Shown here in pieces: positions 16,637 to 24,767 of a stretch of DNA of 64,000 nt (positions within the stretch are counted from its first letter, which is position 1; every line of letters starts with the position of its first letter). The position numbers and the translations under genes are program-made. Source of the DNA: a virus; IMG/VR virus record IMGVR_UViG_3300036861_001106, positions 1 to 64,000 of that record. One strand, 5' to 3'. The notes beneath the pieces are model-generated. The model had not been told where the DNA came from. It worked only from the letters and a program-made list of their open reading frames with translations, and did not search any database.

Positions 16637-17239
16637 ATGATCACCGCGGACGATGCTCTCGTGCGCGCCCATGAGGGGCTCGTGCAGCAGTGCGTGAACA
16701 ACCACCAGTACCTCCTGTCCCCGTACCTGGAGCGCGAGGACCTGGTGTCAGCGTGCTACCTCGCACTGCTCCGCGCGGCGCGCCTGTGGAACCCAGAGTA
16801 CAACGTCAAGTTCAGCACCTACGCGGTGACTGCCATGCACAACGCCTGCATTCAGGCGCGGCAGCGGGCCATGCCCTCTGGGTTTCGTGGGCGCTTCGCG
16901 GCGGCTGAGTTTCCGCAGGTCTACTCGCTGGACCAGCACGCGCGTGACGAGGACGGTGAGGACCTGGAGAGCCTGCTGATGGCCCCCGATGACCCGGCGG
17001 GGCAGGCGCTACAGCGGGTCAGCCAGAGTGAGGTGCGGCAGCTCGTGCGGGCGGTGCTCGCGGCTCACCCCACCGAGCTGCGGGTGATCGAGCTGGCGTT
17101 CGGGCTCGTCGACGGGGTGGAGTGGCGGGGGCGGGACATCGCGCGGCACCTCAGGCTCTCCCGCACCGCCGTCAGCTCGGCGCTGCACCGGGCGCTGGCA
17201 CGGCTGCGCCGGTCCCGGGAGTTGGAGGTGCTGCGGTGA
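16637..17239 (+). CDS. sigma70-family sigma factor
   Basis: REDLVS...AARLWNPEYNVKFSTYA; region 4 FGL...DIARHLRLSRTAVS. Confidence 0.9.
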   Translation: MITADDALVRAHEGLVQQCVNNHQYLLSPYLEREDLVSACYLALLRAARLWNPEYNVKFSTYAVTAMHNACIQARQRAMPSGFRGRFAAAEFPQVYSLDQHARDEDGEDLESLLMAPDDPAGQALQRVSQSEVRQLVRAVLAAHPTELRVIELAFGLVDGVEWRGRDIARHLRLSRTAVSSALHRALARLRRSRELEVLR

Positions 17240-17246
17240 GGAGGTC

Positions 17247-17275
17247 TTGCAGAGGGTTTGGAAACGGCGTACAAT
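17247..17275 (+). promoter_or_regulatory. sigma70-type promoter
   Basis: TTGCAG-17-TACAAT. Confidence 0.6.
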
Positions 17276-17306
17276 AGGTTGGAGGAGGAGAGGTGCAGCA
17301 AGGCCA

Positions 17307-17582
17307 ATGTTTCCCGCTGAGCAGTTCCTAGCGAGGGCCCGCCAAGCGGTGGCGATCTGGAACCAGAATCACCCTGACCAGTTCGTACCCACCGAGTGGG
17401 CGGAAGAGTATCTGCGCACCGAGGCGCTGGTGGTGGGGCTCCAGCACGCCACCGACCTGTACCTGCGCACGCAGGAGTTCCACGGGGCGCAACTCCGCTG
17501 TGCTGAGTTCGAGAAGCTGCTCGACCGCACTGCCCCGCACTTCCTCCGGTGGCTCGTGACGCTGCTCGGCGCGCTGCCCTGA
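17307..17582 (+). CDS. hypothetical protein, paralog of 7051-7299
   Basis: shared RAR.A...WN..HPD motif. Confidence 0.6.
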   Translation: MFPAEQFLARARQAVAIWNQNHPDQFVPTEWAEEYLRTEALVVGLQHATDLYLRTQEFHGAQLRCAEFEKLLDRTAPHFLRWLVTLLGALP

Positions 17583-17723
17583 CTTCCGCGTGAATCAGTG
17601 ATAGACTGAAGGTGAGTGGCGTTTAGCGACACGCGCCCTCACCTGCGGGGCCTCGGGGGTGGGGAGACTTCTCCCTCCCCGCCCCCATCAATCAATCCTT
17701 TCACGCACGAGCAAGTTCGTGTG

Positions 17724-17798
17724 GCATCCTGTAGTTCAAGCGGTAGAACGCTACCAGGACGCTGGCAGAGGCTGCAGGTTCGAATCCTGCTGGGATGC
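17724..17798 (+). tRNA. tRNA-like RNA with a non-canonical anticodon arm
   Basis: acceptor CATCCTG/TGGGATG, D arm GTTC-AAGCGGTA-GAAC, T arm GCAGG-TTCGAAT-CCTGC; 18-nt anticodon arm without U33; no encoded CCA. Confidence 0.75.
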
Positions 17799-17824
17799 TG
17801 CCCGACACTCCGAGGAGGTTTGCC

Positions 17825-18199
17825 ATGGCAGTTGAGCGACAGCCACTTGGCGACGGCACAGTTCATGTGGGCGGACCCCTCTTCGTGGCCAACGCGGGCA
17901 CCGTCGAGGAGGGTAGCCCCGCCAACCACGGCCTCGGCACCATGACGGACGGGGACCGCGCGTGGGCCCTCCGCGGCGCTGGGCCACAGCAGACGTGGCG
18001 GGGGGACATGGCCAACTATCCGGCGTCGCCTGGCGTGGGGAGCCTCCAGGTGGACCCCATCCTGCCGGACATCAACTACAGCGCTACATTCCCCGAGAAT
18101 GGCGGCAACGACGCCTGGAAGGGCGAGCAGCCAATGATGCCCCGACCTGCCATCTCTTCGAGTGGCGTGCACGACCTCGGGGAACCGAGGGAGGAGTAA
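17825..18199 (+). CDS. Gly/Pro-rich hypothetical protein
   Basis: GAGGAGG SD; strong GC3 bias. Confidence 0.7.
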   Translation: MAVERQPLGDGTVHVGGPLFVANAGTVEEGSPANHGLGTMTDGDRAWALRGAGPQQTWRGDMANYPASPGVGSLQVDPILPDINYSATFPENGGNDAWKGEQPMMPRPAISSSGVHDLGEPREE

Positions 18200-18203
18200 G
18201 ACC

Positions 18204-18509
18204 ATGGAAGACCTCACCCAGTACGACGTTGCGATTTACGGCCCCTCGGGTGGCCCATCCGTCTACGCCGAGGCGGAAGGCCGCTTCAATGGCGGAGGCT
18301 GGATCAGGGAGCCCCTGGCCTTCAGTGACTTCGACGGCAAGGGGATCTGGGCCCAGCCCCCCGAGGCTGACGGCGAGAAGAACTTGACCACCGTCCCCCA
18401 GGGCACCCAGGCCAGCGGTGGCAACATGGGACCCTACGGCGGCATGCTGATCTGGGACGCTGTCGAGCGCTCGGCAGGGTCACCCACCGCTGAGGGTGGT
18501 TGGTTCTGA
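18204..18509 (+). CDS. Gly-rich acidic hypothetical protein
   Basis: GGAGGAG SD; strong GC3 bias. Confidence 0.7.
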   Translation: MEDLTQYDVAIYGPSGGPSVYAEAEGRFNGGGWIREPLAFSDFDGKGIWAQPPEADGEKNLTTVPQGTQASGGNMGPYGGMLIWDAVERSAGSPTAEGGWF

Positions 18510-18542
18510 GCCTTTTTCCTCCGCTCCTCCTCGCCAATCCCT

Positions 18543-18571
18543 TGAGCAGCCATCCGGCTGCTCACTTTTTT
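18543..18571 (+). terminator. intrinsic terminator
   Basis: TGAGCAGCC-ATCC-GGCTGCTCA followed by CTTTTTT. Confidence 0.8.
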
Positions 18572-18583
18572 CGGGTGGTGGGG

Positions 18584-18681
18584 TTGACACTTGCCTGCCA
18601 TCCCGGTAACCTCAGGTTGCTCACTAATCTTCACTGACGGACACCGTTGCCGCAGCCCCCTGGGGCTGCGGCGCCTTTTTT
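18584..18681 (+). ncRNA. promoter, ~65-nt RNA and terminator (sRNA or attenuator leader)
   Basis: TTGACA(18584)-17-TAACCT(18607); GCCGCAGCCCC/GGGGCTGCGGC hairpin plus T6 immediately before the next SD. Confidence 0.55.
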
Positions 18682-18692
18682 CTGGAGGACCG

Positions 18693-19010
18693 ATGGACCT
18701 GACCTGGCCAGCCTTCGCGCAGTGGCTGCGGAGCCTCCCGCCGGACAAGGCGGTGGGCCTCGCGGGCGGTTCCTACCTGCACCCCTTCGCGCTCTTCGTC
18801 TCCAGCCTCCACGGTGGGCGCGACACCTACGTGTGGTGCGCGGCGGGGAGCATCTACGTGTGGGTGCAGGGCGACGACCTGCCCTGGTATCTGGAGGAGC
18901 CCAGCGTGGTGGCGGGGCTGCCAGCCTTCAACGACCTCCTGGTGCCACCGGAGCCGCTGCGGGCCGTCACGGCTGGGGAGTGCGTGGCAGTGTTGGACCA
19001 GTTGGGATGA
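18693..19010 (+). CDS. hypothetical protein
   Basis: GGAGG SD, ATG start. Confidence 0.65.
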   Translation: MDLTWPAFAQWLRSLPPDKAVGLAGGSYLHPFALFVSSLHGGRDTYVWCAAGSIYVWVQGDDLPWYLEEPSVVAGLPAFNDLLVPPEPLRAVTAGECVAVLDQLG

Positions 19011-19588
19011 GCCAGGAGGAGCATCGACCGGATTGGCAGAGCTTCGAGGTGCTCTTCTCAGCCGCACGGGGAGGGGACGACCGGGCCATGGACGCACTGA
19101 TGCGCGCCTTTGAGGGGCTGGTGTGGAGAGAGGTGGCCACTGTCGACTTCTTTGCGCCCGGCTTGGAGCGTGAGGACCTGCTGCAATGTGCTCGCTTAGC
19201 GTTGCTGGACGCCTTCCGGTGTTTTCAGCGCGCCAAGGGGTGTAACTTTCCAAGCTTCGCTCGTGTCTGCATTCGGCGTGGGCTCATCACTGCGGTGAAG
19301 TGTGCGCGGGCGAAGAAGAATTTTCCAGGCACCATGTCGCTGGATGAGCAGGATCACCTTGCGGTTGATGCCGCCGACTGTGAGGCCTTGGCCATCGCGA
19401 ACGTAGTCACTGCTGCGCGGTGGACTGAGCTACGAGCGCGGCTGACACCCCTGGAGTTGCAGGTTCTTGAGGCTCGCCTGCGGGGAGAGGTTTACAAGAG
19501 GCCCGATGAGCAACGTGGCCGCTGCGCGGACAACGCACGAGTGCGCATCCAGAGAAAGCTATGCCACTGGCTAGAGGAGGGGGATTAA
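19007..19588 (+). CDS. SigH/Spo0H-like sigma factor
   Basis: FFAPGLEREDLLQ...FPSFARVCIRRGLITAVK...LTPLELQVL...DNARVRIQRKL matches the SigH pattern. Confidence 0.85.
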   Translation: MSQEEHRPDWQSFEVLFSAARGGDDRAMDALMRAFEGLVWREVATVDFFAPGLEREDLLQCARLALLDAFRCFQRAKGCNFPSFARVCIRRGLITAVKCARAKKNFPGTMSLDEQDHLAVDAADCEALAIANVVTAARWTELRARLTPLELQVLEARLRGEVYKRPDEQRGRCADNARVRIQRKLCHWLEEGD

Positions 19589-19590
19589 CC

Positions 19591-20274
19591 GTGACAACTG
19601 ATTTGCGGAGAGTGGTTCTGTATGTCGATGGATCATGCCGCGGTGGCACCGTCAAGGAGCCCAAGGCCATGGGCGCGGGCATCCTGCTGATCGACGGCCC
19701 CACCGAGCGGGAGCTGGCAGTGCCCCTGGGGGAGGGGACGAATCAGCAGGCTGAGCTGCTGGCCCTCAAGGTGGCCCTGGAGACGGTGGCGGCTGGCACT
19801 CCGCTGCAGGGCTGCAGCGTCTGGTGCTACACCGACTCGATGTACACCGTTGGCCTCCTGGCCCAGGGTCACACGCCCAGTGCCAATCGGAACCTCGTCA
19901 ATGAGGTGGTGCGGCTCAGCCGGCGCTGTGGCCAGTTTCGGATCGCGTACGTCCCCGGGCACGAGGGGCATGCCCTCAATGAGCGGGCCCACCGGCTGGC
20001 CGTGGCGGCGGCGAAGGGGCGCGCTGCCGACCTCGGCTGCACACCCAGCGTCAGTGCCGAGCTGGTGGAGGAGCTGGAGGCGCGGGTGGAGGCGCTGGTG
20101 AAGGTGACTCAGTTCTACGCGGACCCCCTGACCTACCAGAAGCTCAATGGCGCGGTGCCTGCCATCATTGGTGACCGTGGCGAGGCGGCGCGCGTCGTCC
20201 TCCGCGCCCTGGGACACCCGGCGGTGGAGGAGCCGTTCGAGGAGCCGGTGACGGCAGCGGAAGCTGCGGCGTGA
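19591..20274 (+). CDS. rnhA: ribonuclease HI
   Basis: YVDGSC, TNQQAEL, YTDS, VPGH..HALNERAH motifs. Confidence 0.9.
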   Translation: MTTDLRRVVLYVDGSCRGGTVKEPKAMGAGILLIDGPTERELAVPLGEGTNQQAELLALKVALETVAAGTPLQGCSVWCYTDSMYTVGLLAQGHTPSANRNLVNEVVRLSRRCGQFRIAYVPGHEGHALNERAHRLAVAAAKGRAADLGCTPSVSAELVEELEARVEALVKVTQFYADPLTYQKLNGAVPAIIGDRGEAARVVLRALGHPAVEEPFEEPVTAAEAAA

Positions 20275-20275
20275 G

Positions 20276-20860
20276 GTGGTCTACTACAACGAGATTGATC
20301 CCTTCTGCTGTCAGTGGTTGCGCAACCTGATTGAGGCTGGCCTGATTGCGAGAGGTGAGGTGGATGAGCGAGACATCCGAGATGTCACCTCCAGTGACCT
20401 GTGTGGGTTCACTCAGTGTCACTGGTTCGCTGGAATCGGCGGCTGGTCCTACGCCTTGCGTCTCGCCGGTTGGCCCGATGACCGGCCCGCATGGACCGGC
20501 AGTTGCCCTTGTCAACCTTTCAGCGCGGCAGGCAAGGGAGCTGGGTTTGCTGACGAGCGGCACCTCTGGCCAGCCTGGTTCCACCTCATCAGCGCCTGTT
20601 GCCCTCCAGTCGTTTTCGGAGAACAGGTCTCAAGTCCCATCGCGTTGAAGTGGCTGGATGTAGTTGTGATGAATTTCGAGGAGATTGGATATGATTTCGC
20701 AGCAGCAGACCTTTGCGCCTCTGGTGTCGGCGCTCCACATATCCGGCAACGGCTCTATTGGGTTGCTGAAAACCTGCACGTCGTGCAAGCAGGCAAAGCC
20801 GTTCAGCGACTATCGGAGGTACAGTGGCAGATGCCGGGACGGACTGCGTCCAATCTGTAA
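20276..20860 (+). CDS. C5-cytosine DNA methyltransferase, N-terminal part (motifs I-VIII)
   Basis: FAGIGG (I), SCPCQPFS (IV), GEQV (VI), APHIRQRL (VIII); stops before motif X. Confidence 0.9.
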   Translation: MVYYNEIDPFCCQWLRNLIEAGLIARGEVDERDIRDVTSSDLCGFTQCHWFAGIGGWSYALRLAGWPDDRPAWTGSCPCQPFSAAGKGAGFADERHLWPAWFHLISACCPPVVFGEQVSSPIALKWLDVVVMNFEEIGYDFAAADLCASGVGAPHIRQRLYWVAENLHVVQAGKAVQRLSEVQWQMPGRTASNL

Positions 20861-21299
20861 GCCATGCCAACGCGAGTACGAGAAGGGTTGGCGGTCCAAA
20901 ACCACGGCATATCGATCCGAGGCGCGTGCGAAGCGACGAGAGAAAGAGGAAGCCTACAAATCCGATTGGCTCATGAGAAACCGAGTAAAATATCTGGTTG
21001 CGGAGTGCCGGCGCAGGAGTGCGAAGAAGGGGCTATCGTTCAATCTCGACCAGTATATCCCGGAGTTGCAGGCACGGTTAGACATGGGAGCGTGCGAATT
21101 GTCAGGGATCCCGTTCAAACAGACAATGGGGCCGACGACCTATGACAGTCCATCCCTGGATAGGATCAATCCTTCGGAGGGATATCTCTACGGCAACGTT
21201 CGTATAGTATGTTACGCGATGAACTGCGCGCTAGGGAATTGGGGCGAAGAAGCACTGTTGACGATTTTGGAGGGTTGGCAGCGGAGGAGGAGCGAGTGA
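20685..21299 (+). CDS. Zn-finger/HNH-like endonuclease inserted in the methyltransferase locus
   Basis: KTCTSCK...ICKPC; CELSGIPF...SPSLDRINPSEGYLYGNVRIVC..MN; lower GC. Confidence 0.8.
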   Translation: MDMISQQQTFAPLVSALHISGNGSIGLLKTCTSCKQAKPFSDYRRYSGRCRDGLRPICKPCQREYEKGWRSKTTAYRSEARAKRREKEEAYKSDWLMRNRVKYLVAECRRRSAKKGLSFNLDQYIPELQARLDMGACELSGIPFKQTMGPTTYDSPSLDRINPSEGYLYGNVRIVCYAMNCALGNWGEEALLTILEGWQRRRSE

Positions 21300-21302
21300 C
21301 AA

Positions 21303-22481
21303 ATGGAGGAGACGCTCCAGGGCCGATTGACGTCGGCTCTGAAGAAACGAATCAACCAGGATACCGCATCGATCCTGTTCAAGCACCAATGGAAGACGCG
21401 GACGACGCCGAGAGACAGGATGATACCCGCCTTCAGAGCGTCTCCGCTCCGCACATCCGGCAACGACTGTTCTTCGTGGCCGACGCCGACGGCGGCGCTG
21501 GCCGACAAGGGCGTGCGCTCGACGGAGGGTGGTATACGGGAGGCGATGCGCTCGCGCGGGCCGGATCTGACAGCGGTCTCGGCGCTGTCGTCCTGGGCGA
21601 CCCCGAGCGCGCGGGACTGGCGCGACGGTCGCGCCAGTCCCGAGACGATGGAGCGGAACAGCCGTCCGCTGAACGAACAGGTGGTGCAGTTGGCGGGGTG
21701 GACTACGCCGTCAGCGACGGACGGCGAGCGTGCAGGAACGATGACCCCCGGAATGACAGGCAGCAGCCTAACACAGAAGGCGTCCTTGGCGGGATGGGCA
21801 ACTCCTTGCGCGCAGCCAACGAATACGTCACCCGAGGCGTTCATTCGGCGCAAGGACCGGAAACCGAGCGGGGCTGTCACGGACATCGGTGCGCAGGTCC
21901 AACTGGCGGTTTTTGGTCCGACGCTGACTGGATCTACTGTCGCGACGGCAAGTGGCGGCCAGTTGAATCCGGCACACTCCCGTTGGCTGCAAGGGTACCT
22001 GCCCGAGTGGGACGACTGCGCGGTTACGGTAATGCCATCGTCGCGCCGCTCGCCGCAGAATTCATCAAAGCCTACCTTGAAAGTCAGGAGGGAAGACTTG
22101 GAGCAAGCGAAGACCGACGATGAGGAGCTGGTCCTTGAGCCCGTGCGACCGTCGCGCCGTCGACGGCAGGAGCTGCCAGTCAACCCGCAGCCGCTGGGTG
22201 GGGCCAACATTCCGCCCAAGCCCCTGCGCCTTCGTGAGGGCGCCGTCCGGCACCTCAAGGTTGAGGGGACTGGCGACGAGTACCTCCTGACGGTGGAGGT
22301 GGGTGACAGCCAGGTGTGGGAGGTGCCCATCACCGAGGCGGTCAAGGCAGCCTTCGAGCGCGAGCGTGACCGGCTGCTGGCGGAGTTCAACCAGCGCGAG
22401 CTGGAGCTGTTGTCGAAGGTCAATGACCTGGAAGGGCAGGTGCAAGTTGCAAAGAAGTGGCTCAAGCGACTCCGAGGCTAG
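21303..22481 (+). CDS. methyltransferase beta-type subunit (TRD/motif IX) read in an alternative frame, open into a downstream coiled-coil ORF
   Basis: repeated W(P/A/T)TP units; GQLNPAHSRWLQGYLPEW; probable internal restart at TTG ~22098 after AGGAGG. Confidence 0.7.
   Translation: MEETLQGRLTSALKKRINQDTASILFKHQWKTRTTPRDRMIPAFRASPLRTSGNDCSSWPTPTAALADKGVRSTEGGIREAMRSRGPDLTAVSALSSWATPSARDWRDGRASPETMERNSRPLNEQVVQLAGWTTPSATDGERAGTMTPGMTGSSLTQKASLAGWATPCAQPTNTSPEAFIRRKDRKPSGAVTDIGAQVQLAVFGPTLTGSTVATASGGQLNPAHSRWLQGYLPEWDDCAVTVMPSSRRSPQNSSKPTLKVRREDLEQAKTDDEELVLEPVRPSRRRRQELPVNPQPLGGANIPPKPLRLREGAVRHLKVEGTGDEYLLTVEVGDSQVWEVPITEAVKAAFERERDRLLAEFNQRELELLSKVNDLEGQVQVAKKWLKRLRG
21389..22123 (+). CDS. 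C5 methyltransferase C-terminal part (duplicated motif VIII plus motif X); start uncertain
   Basis: SAPHIRQRLFFVAD...RVGRLRGYGNAIVAPLAAEFI. Confidence 0.7.
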   Translation: MEDADDAERQDDTRLQSVSAPHIRQRLFFVADADGGAGRQGRALDGGWYTGGDALARAGSDSGLGAVVLGDPERAGLARRSRQSRDDGAEQPSAERTGGAVGGVDYAVSDGRRACRNDDPRNDRQQPNTEGVLGGMGNSLRAANEYVTRGVHSAQGPETERGCHGHRCAGPTGGFWSDADWIYCRDGKWRPVESGTLPLAARVPARVGRLRGYGNAIVAPLAAEFIKAYLESQEGRLGASEDRR

Positions 22482-22485
22482 GCAG

Positions 22486-23103
22486 GTGCGTGTCACCGCT
22501 GAGCGCATCCTCCCCGATGGCGACGGCTTCGTGGCCTGCGTGCCGCCGGTGTACCTGCCGCGCAAGTCTGCGTTACTGGTGCGGTTGCCGGAGGAGTACT
22601 GGGTGGGTGCCCAGCGCATCGCAGACCTACAGGCGTGCTCGGCGCGACTTGAGCTACAGCGGGCTGAGCTGGCACAGTACGCACGGGGACTGGACAAGGA
22701 GCTGCGGGAGGTGCGGCGGCGCCACTCCTACCTCATCGCGTCCCTGAATCAGGTCACGAACGAGGGGAATCAGCTTGTGCTCCCAGTCACGGACCTGCGC
22801 CTTGAGATTCGGGCCCTGCTGTTCGCTCAGGGCTTTCACCCACGGCACCACCACCCGTGGTGGCACTGGCCCCGGTGGATTGGGTGCTCGCACTGTCTAC
22901 CCGCTGGCCTTGGGTTTGAGCGCGATCTCAACATCGTCCACGCAGAGATGGTGCTGTGCCGTGGGCTCATCAAGCTCTTCCACGAGCGCCTGCGGGCAGC
23001 CCTGCGCCCGGTCCTGCGGGGGGCACACCCAAACCTGCTGGCTGCGCCAGAAGCGGCACCCGTCGAGCTGGCCGCTGGCGTGCCAGTTCCTGAGGAGGTG
23101 TGA
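22486..23103 (+). CDS. hypothetical protein
   Basis: fills the operon gap; coiled coil plus His/Cys segment. Confidence 0.55.
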   Translation: MRVTAERILPDGDGFVACVPPVYLPRKSALLVRLPEEYWVGAQRIADLQACSARLELQRAELAQYARGLDKELREVRRRHSYLIASLNQVTNEGNQLVLPVTDLRLEIRALLFAQGFHPRHHHPWWHWPRWIGCSHCLPAGLGFERDLNIVHAEMVLCRGLIKLFHERLRAALRPVLRGAHPNLLAAPEAAPVELAAGVPVPEEV

Positions 23104-23104
23104 C

Positions 23105-23740
23105 ATCGCAGTCGTCTACACCACCAAGGAGAAGCTTGAGGATCTCCCTGAGCGGCACGAGCTGGGGACCTACCTGACGCCACCGGAGTTCGTGAAGTTG
23201 GGACTCACGGTGCTGGAGGGGGAGGTCACTCGCCATGCCGGTCACGTGCCGCCGCACCTCACCATCCTTGACCCGGGTGCTGGCGAGGGTGCCTGGGGGC
23301 ATGGCCTCGTGGTGGACTCCTTCCCACGTTCCAGGCTGCTGGTGGGGGTGGAGCGGCGACCCGTGGCGCAGCCACAGGGCTACGACAGGTGGGTCACGGC
23401 AGACTACCTGGAGTGGGCGCAGCGCTGCCCGCCGGCCGTCTTCGACCTCGTCGTGGGCAATCCGCCGTACGACGAGCCCAGGGGATCCTACTCTGCAGAG
23501 CTGTTCATCCGCGCCTCCCTGCGGCTGCTCAAGCCCGGTGGCTTCCTGCTCTTCCTGCTGAAGCTCACCTTCCTGCAGAGTAGGCGGCGCGCGGATGCCC
23601 TCTTCCTGGAGCACCCGCCGGTGTCAGTGACCGTGTGCAAGTCGCGGCCACGGTTCACGGGGCCTGGGAATCCAGATTCCTACGCATTCTACTGCTGGCG
23701 CAAGGGGTTCACGGGTGAGCCACGATTGGCATGGATTTGA
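23105..23740 (+). CDS. amino (N6A/N4C) DNA methyltransferase
   Basis: YLTP, LDPGAGEG (motif I), VGNPPY (motif IV); start appears to be ATC. Confidence 0.85.
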   Translation: MAVVYTTKEKLEDLPERHELGTYLTPPEFVKLGLTVLEGEVTRHAGHVPPHLTILDPGAGEGAWGHGLVVDSFPRSRLLVGVERRPVAQPQGYDRWVTADYLEWAQRCPPAVFDLVVGNPPYDEPRGSYSAELFIRASLRLLKPGGFLLFLLKLTFLQSRRRADALFLEHPPVSVTVCKSRPRFTGPGNPDSYAFYCWRKGFTGEPRLAWI

Positions 23741-23844
23741 GGGGAGCCATTGATGGAAAGTGTCCTATCGCACCTGGTCGCAGTTGCCTTTGGTCTTTTT
23801 GTCGGCTACTTCATGGGACTTGCGGATAATGGGGAGAGGCGCTG

Positions 23845-24129
23845 ATGGATGGGATGGAGTATGCCGACGTCGTCGGAGAACGGTTAGAGAGGGAGCGCGA
23901 TGAGGCAGAGCAGCAGCGGGACAAGCTGCAGGCCGAGTGCAGCCAGTTGCAGGAGGAGCTAATGGAGTTCCAGGAGATTGCCTACTTCTGGCTGGATCGT
24001 TGGGAGGAACAGCGAGAAGGCTGGGGCTGGCGGCACAACTACCTCTACGACCGCACGAAGGCCGCGCTCATCGACGACTTCGAGTGCGGGGACTGGATGT
24101 GTTGCACCGACGATGACAATCTGGCCTAA
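23845..24129 (+). CDS. small coiled-coil hypothetical protein
   Basis: ERERDEAEQQRD; part of a coupled small-ORF run. Confidence 0.6.
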   Translation: MDGMEYADVVGERLERERDEAEQQRDKLQAECSQLQEELMEFQEIAYFWLDRWEEQREGWGWRHNYLYDRTKAALIDDFECGDWMCCTDDDNLA

Positions 24130-24145
24130 CAGACGAAGGAGAGAC

Positions 24146-24328
24146 GTGCGGCTGCGGGAGCAGCGCGACGAGGCGAGAGCTGCGGCACGGGAGGCAACTA
24201 GGCTGCTGTTGGCCGCGCCGGTCATGGAACGCCTCGGGGGTCAGGCGGCGACGGTGCAGGCCTTCCTGGAGAGGTATCCCTGGGTCCACGAGGCGCCACA
24301 GCCAAGCATAGACGAGGAGGAGCGATGA
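24146..24328 (+). CDS. small hypothetical protein
   Basis: AAGGAG SD, GTG; EQRDEAR...YPW. Confidence 0.55.
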   Translation: MRLREQRDEARAAAREATRLLLAAPVMERLGGQAATVQAFLERYPWVHEAPQPSIDEEER

Positions 24329-24573
24329 GCAACGTCAAGCTTTGTGAGCGCTGCGGAGAAACGTTTTACTCAATGGACATGCTGGAGATGTCCAACAAGC
24401 GCTGGCTGTGCCTTGTGTGCGTTAAGCTGGAGTTTGACGAAGTGCAGCAGCAGCGGGACCAGGCGCGGGACGTGGCGCGGCACGCAGTGCTCTGCATGAA
24501 GCAGACGGACTATCACACGCAGGGGCTGATCTTGGAAGAGCAACACTCGTGGCTGCGCGAGGCCGGCCAGTGA
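24325..24573 (+). CDS. small Zn-ribbon protein
   Basis: CERC...CLVC; QQRDQAR. Confidence 0.6.
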   Translation: MSNVKLCERCGETFYSMDMLEMSNKRWLCLVCVKLEFDEVQQQRDQARDVARHAVLCMKQTDYHTQGLILEEQHSWLREAGQ

Positions 24574-24767
24574 CGCGGCATCCCTGGTGGCGGCGGCTCC
24601 TGTGTCGTATCGGCTGGCACTCGGCGGAGCGTATCGGCTTCACGCTGCTGTGCAATCCGGCGTGGGGTTGTCGCTACTGCCCCGAGGCGTGGGTGGACTA
24701 CTGGTATGCGCAGGTTCACTGGAGGCGCGAGGTCGGCCAGGGAGCGGGAGGCCGAGGCGATGAGTGA
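24570..24767 (+). CDS. small protein with LLCRIGWH motif
   Basis: RLLCRIGWH...CRYC; GTGA coupling. Confidence 0.5.
   Translation: MTRHPWWRRLLCRIGWHSAERIGFTLLCNPAWGCRYCPEAWVDYWYAQVHWRREVGQGAGGRGDE

Noticed and set aside
17724-17798. Functional decoding tRNA or att site
   Set aside because: No 7-nt anticodon loop can be assigned; no integrase or duplicated 3' end is seen.
20760-21480. Group I intron or intein in the methyltransferase
   Set aside because: No P/Q/R/S elements or intein terminal residues found, and the endonuclease is in a different frame from the alpha chain.
23845-24573. Repeated QRDxAR motif in three small ORFs as a system
   Set aside because: This is a common coiled-coil motif of small phage proteins and too short to support more than distant paralogy.
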